Positions 62,401 to 64,000 of a DNA stretch of 64,000 bases are shown in pieces (the stretch's first letter is position 1; every line of letters begins with the position of its first letter). Under the pieces are notes generated by a model. It did not search any database, was not told the DNA's origin, and saw nothing but the letters and a program-made list of their open reading frames with translations. The DNA comes from Ophelia neglecta (Eukaryota), in contig OZ260663.1 of the NCBI GenBank assembly GCA_965285935.1, forward strand, positions 100,812,001 through 100,876,000. The letters run 5' to 3'. A program made the translations under genes and the position numbers.

Positions 62401-64000
62401 TTTCTCCGTTCAGTTGTATCCCTGCGGATTGATATATTTAATGGCAAGGAAAAGAATGGAGATACGAATATGAGTTGACAGTTGATGTGAATGGAATTGC
62501 ATAATTTCGACATTTCACAATCTATCTGGCGATTAATTAATCCATCACGTGTACTTATGTACTACTAAAATGTAAATAAATGTTTCTTAAGTCATAACAT
62601 ATTAAGACAATTGATGGTTTACTGATTGTTGTAATATTAGTACATCTTACCGTGATATAACTGGCGTTTATGTAGTCGGTCTCCCTAGCCGATTCTTCTA
62701 TATCTAACACCACTCTATTATAGTCATCTGTATATGTATGAAATGTTTATTATTCTGCCTCTTCAGGTTACTCATCAATTTATTAAGAACTGAGTAAAGC
62801 CAACATTTTATCAGCCTCAAAAATGAAATTTCACGTGGCTGTTGTTACACTATAAACAATACTCAAATCACTTTATGTCATAAAACAATCTTATAGCCTA
62901 TAACTAGTTCAGCAGTCAATCACACATACATGCAGTTATATCGTTGAACCTATTTTTCGGATGGTTTTCAGTCAATCGCCCTACAAGTATATCAAAAAGG
63001 GGTTCGCCTGGGATATCCTGAAAGAGAAGAAAACATACTTATTTGCTCATTTAGCTCCTCACATCCGGTTAGACATAGTCTGATGTTTTATTTTACGTTT
63101 TCCTAAATCAGAAAAAAAAGATTGTATTTTAGTTGGAACCACTTTGGTAGATATATTAGTGTAGCAAGTGTGTTAAATGGTCTTTGGGTCAATATCTAAT
63201 TACATTTATATGACAGTATATAACAGCTTTAAGTTTGGTTCTATTGGCTGAAGTTGTGTTTTGGAAGAAATCGATCAGCAGTTGAATATGCATACGGGTG
63301 CTTTTACCGGGCGTATAAATTCTGACCTTATGTAATATAGGTATAGAGCATGCAGACAATTTTACTTATCAAGTACTTGTCCATTAATACGAAATACCCC
63401 CAAACAAGAAATGATCAATCGTTTCAAACCCTAAATTCCTCTTTGAATCCGTCACTCTTCTCCAGTTGGTCGTCGATGTAAGTCTTTAGATTGTCGACAC
63501 TGATGACATTGGGCTCGAAGGACGGCGGGGACGGCAGGGAAGGCGTCTCATTCGCTGGACGATGTACTGTCACTTTATTATCCTCCGGGAATTGTACTCT
63601 CTTAATTCCCGTTGACAGTTTTTTCAGTTTTTCCAGTGTTGTTGGTTTAGGTGGCTTCTCCGGTTTGTGCGGATTAGGTGGTGTCTTGGTTGCAGGTTTT
63701 GGTGATTTATCAGGATTGGCCGCTGTGAAATCAGGCAATCAGAATAAATCACAACAATTGAAATGCATCGAATTCTACAACAACATCGCCAGTCATCCTT
63801 TATATTGTTGAGCTTATATGGATCTAAGTCAAAAAAAAAAAATTTAAATTGCAGTTATCAGTGAATTCAGAGCTTTCTGGCTGTTTAATCTAAGCCTCGT
63901 GCATATGCACATCAACATAAACATGGATTTTTTAATGTTTACTGATTTGGTAATTCTCTTTTTTTAAAGTAACACATCATTTTCAAAATACCTATTTGTT
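59438..64000 (-). pseudogene. Copy 4 (3-prime part; 5-prime part is outside the window): RPTP paralog with both catalytic exon pairs deleted and a premature stop
   Basis: Exons: 63992-64000 (partial); 63430-63722; 62930-63017; 62651-62727; 62382-62421 with TGG>TGA at 62410-62412; 62170-62267; 61756-61884; 61172-61318; 60854-60950; 60437-60510; 59911-60045; fused exon 59438-59620 ending EPDE-ALHCMSRYATFANFQ*. The WPD and HCSAG exons are absent at a junction near 61470. Confidence 0.85.

Noticed and set aside
62410-62412. In-frame TGA in copy 4 as selenocysteine or programmed read-through
   Set aside because: It aligns with TGG (Trp) and TTG (Leu) in paralogs, not Cys, and no SECIS was recognised. 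A simple nonsense mutation is more likely.
1-64000. Prokaryotic features (CRISPR arrays, operons, defence systems) and rRNA or complete tRNA genes
   Set aside because: The sequence is spliceosomal-intron eukaryotic DNA. No regularly spaced repeat-spacer array or full structural RNA was seen.

Overview
This is AT-rich, intron-containing animal genomic DNA; a marine invertebrate is likely but is not provable from sequence alone. Most ORF-track entries are exon fragments or noise. The window holds a minus-strand tandem array of four paralogous receptor genes; copies 1-3 carry alternating MEGF10/Tie-type EGF and fibronectin type III (FN3) exons, and the copy 4 ectodomain lies outside the window. 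Copy 1 (4625-15170) splices by hand into an intact 24-exon, about 1157-aa receptor protein tyrosine phosphatase (RPTP): signal peptide, EGF-FN3-EGF-FN3, Ser/Thr stalk, TM, Pro-rich segment, PTP D1, PTP D2 and a YANFQ C-terminus. Copy 2 (19563-32747) is a 3-module version with four disabling lesions. Copy 4 (59438 to beyond the window end) has lost the WPD and P-loop exon pairs of both PTP domains by in-frame deletions and also has a TGA stop. Copy 3 (38953-47671) is the most interesting: it has nearly the same promoter and ectodomain as copy 1, but an unrelated TM and a phosphatase-free tail carrying YEDI, YEIP, YESL, YEDV and YENI motifs with ITAM-like spacing. Together these suggest a candidate paired receptor system (phosphatase receptor plus tyrosine-motif receptor) evolving by module gain and loss, gene conversion and birth-and-death. 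Also present are a recent, defective BEL/Pao LTR retrotransposon (49592-56842, TTCAA target-site duplication) whose Gag begins with a ComEA-like helix-hairpin-helix domain, an L2/CR1-group LINE fragment, several duplications and hairpin elements. All exon models were read by hand and have no expression support.
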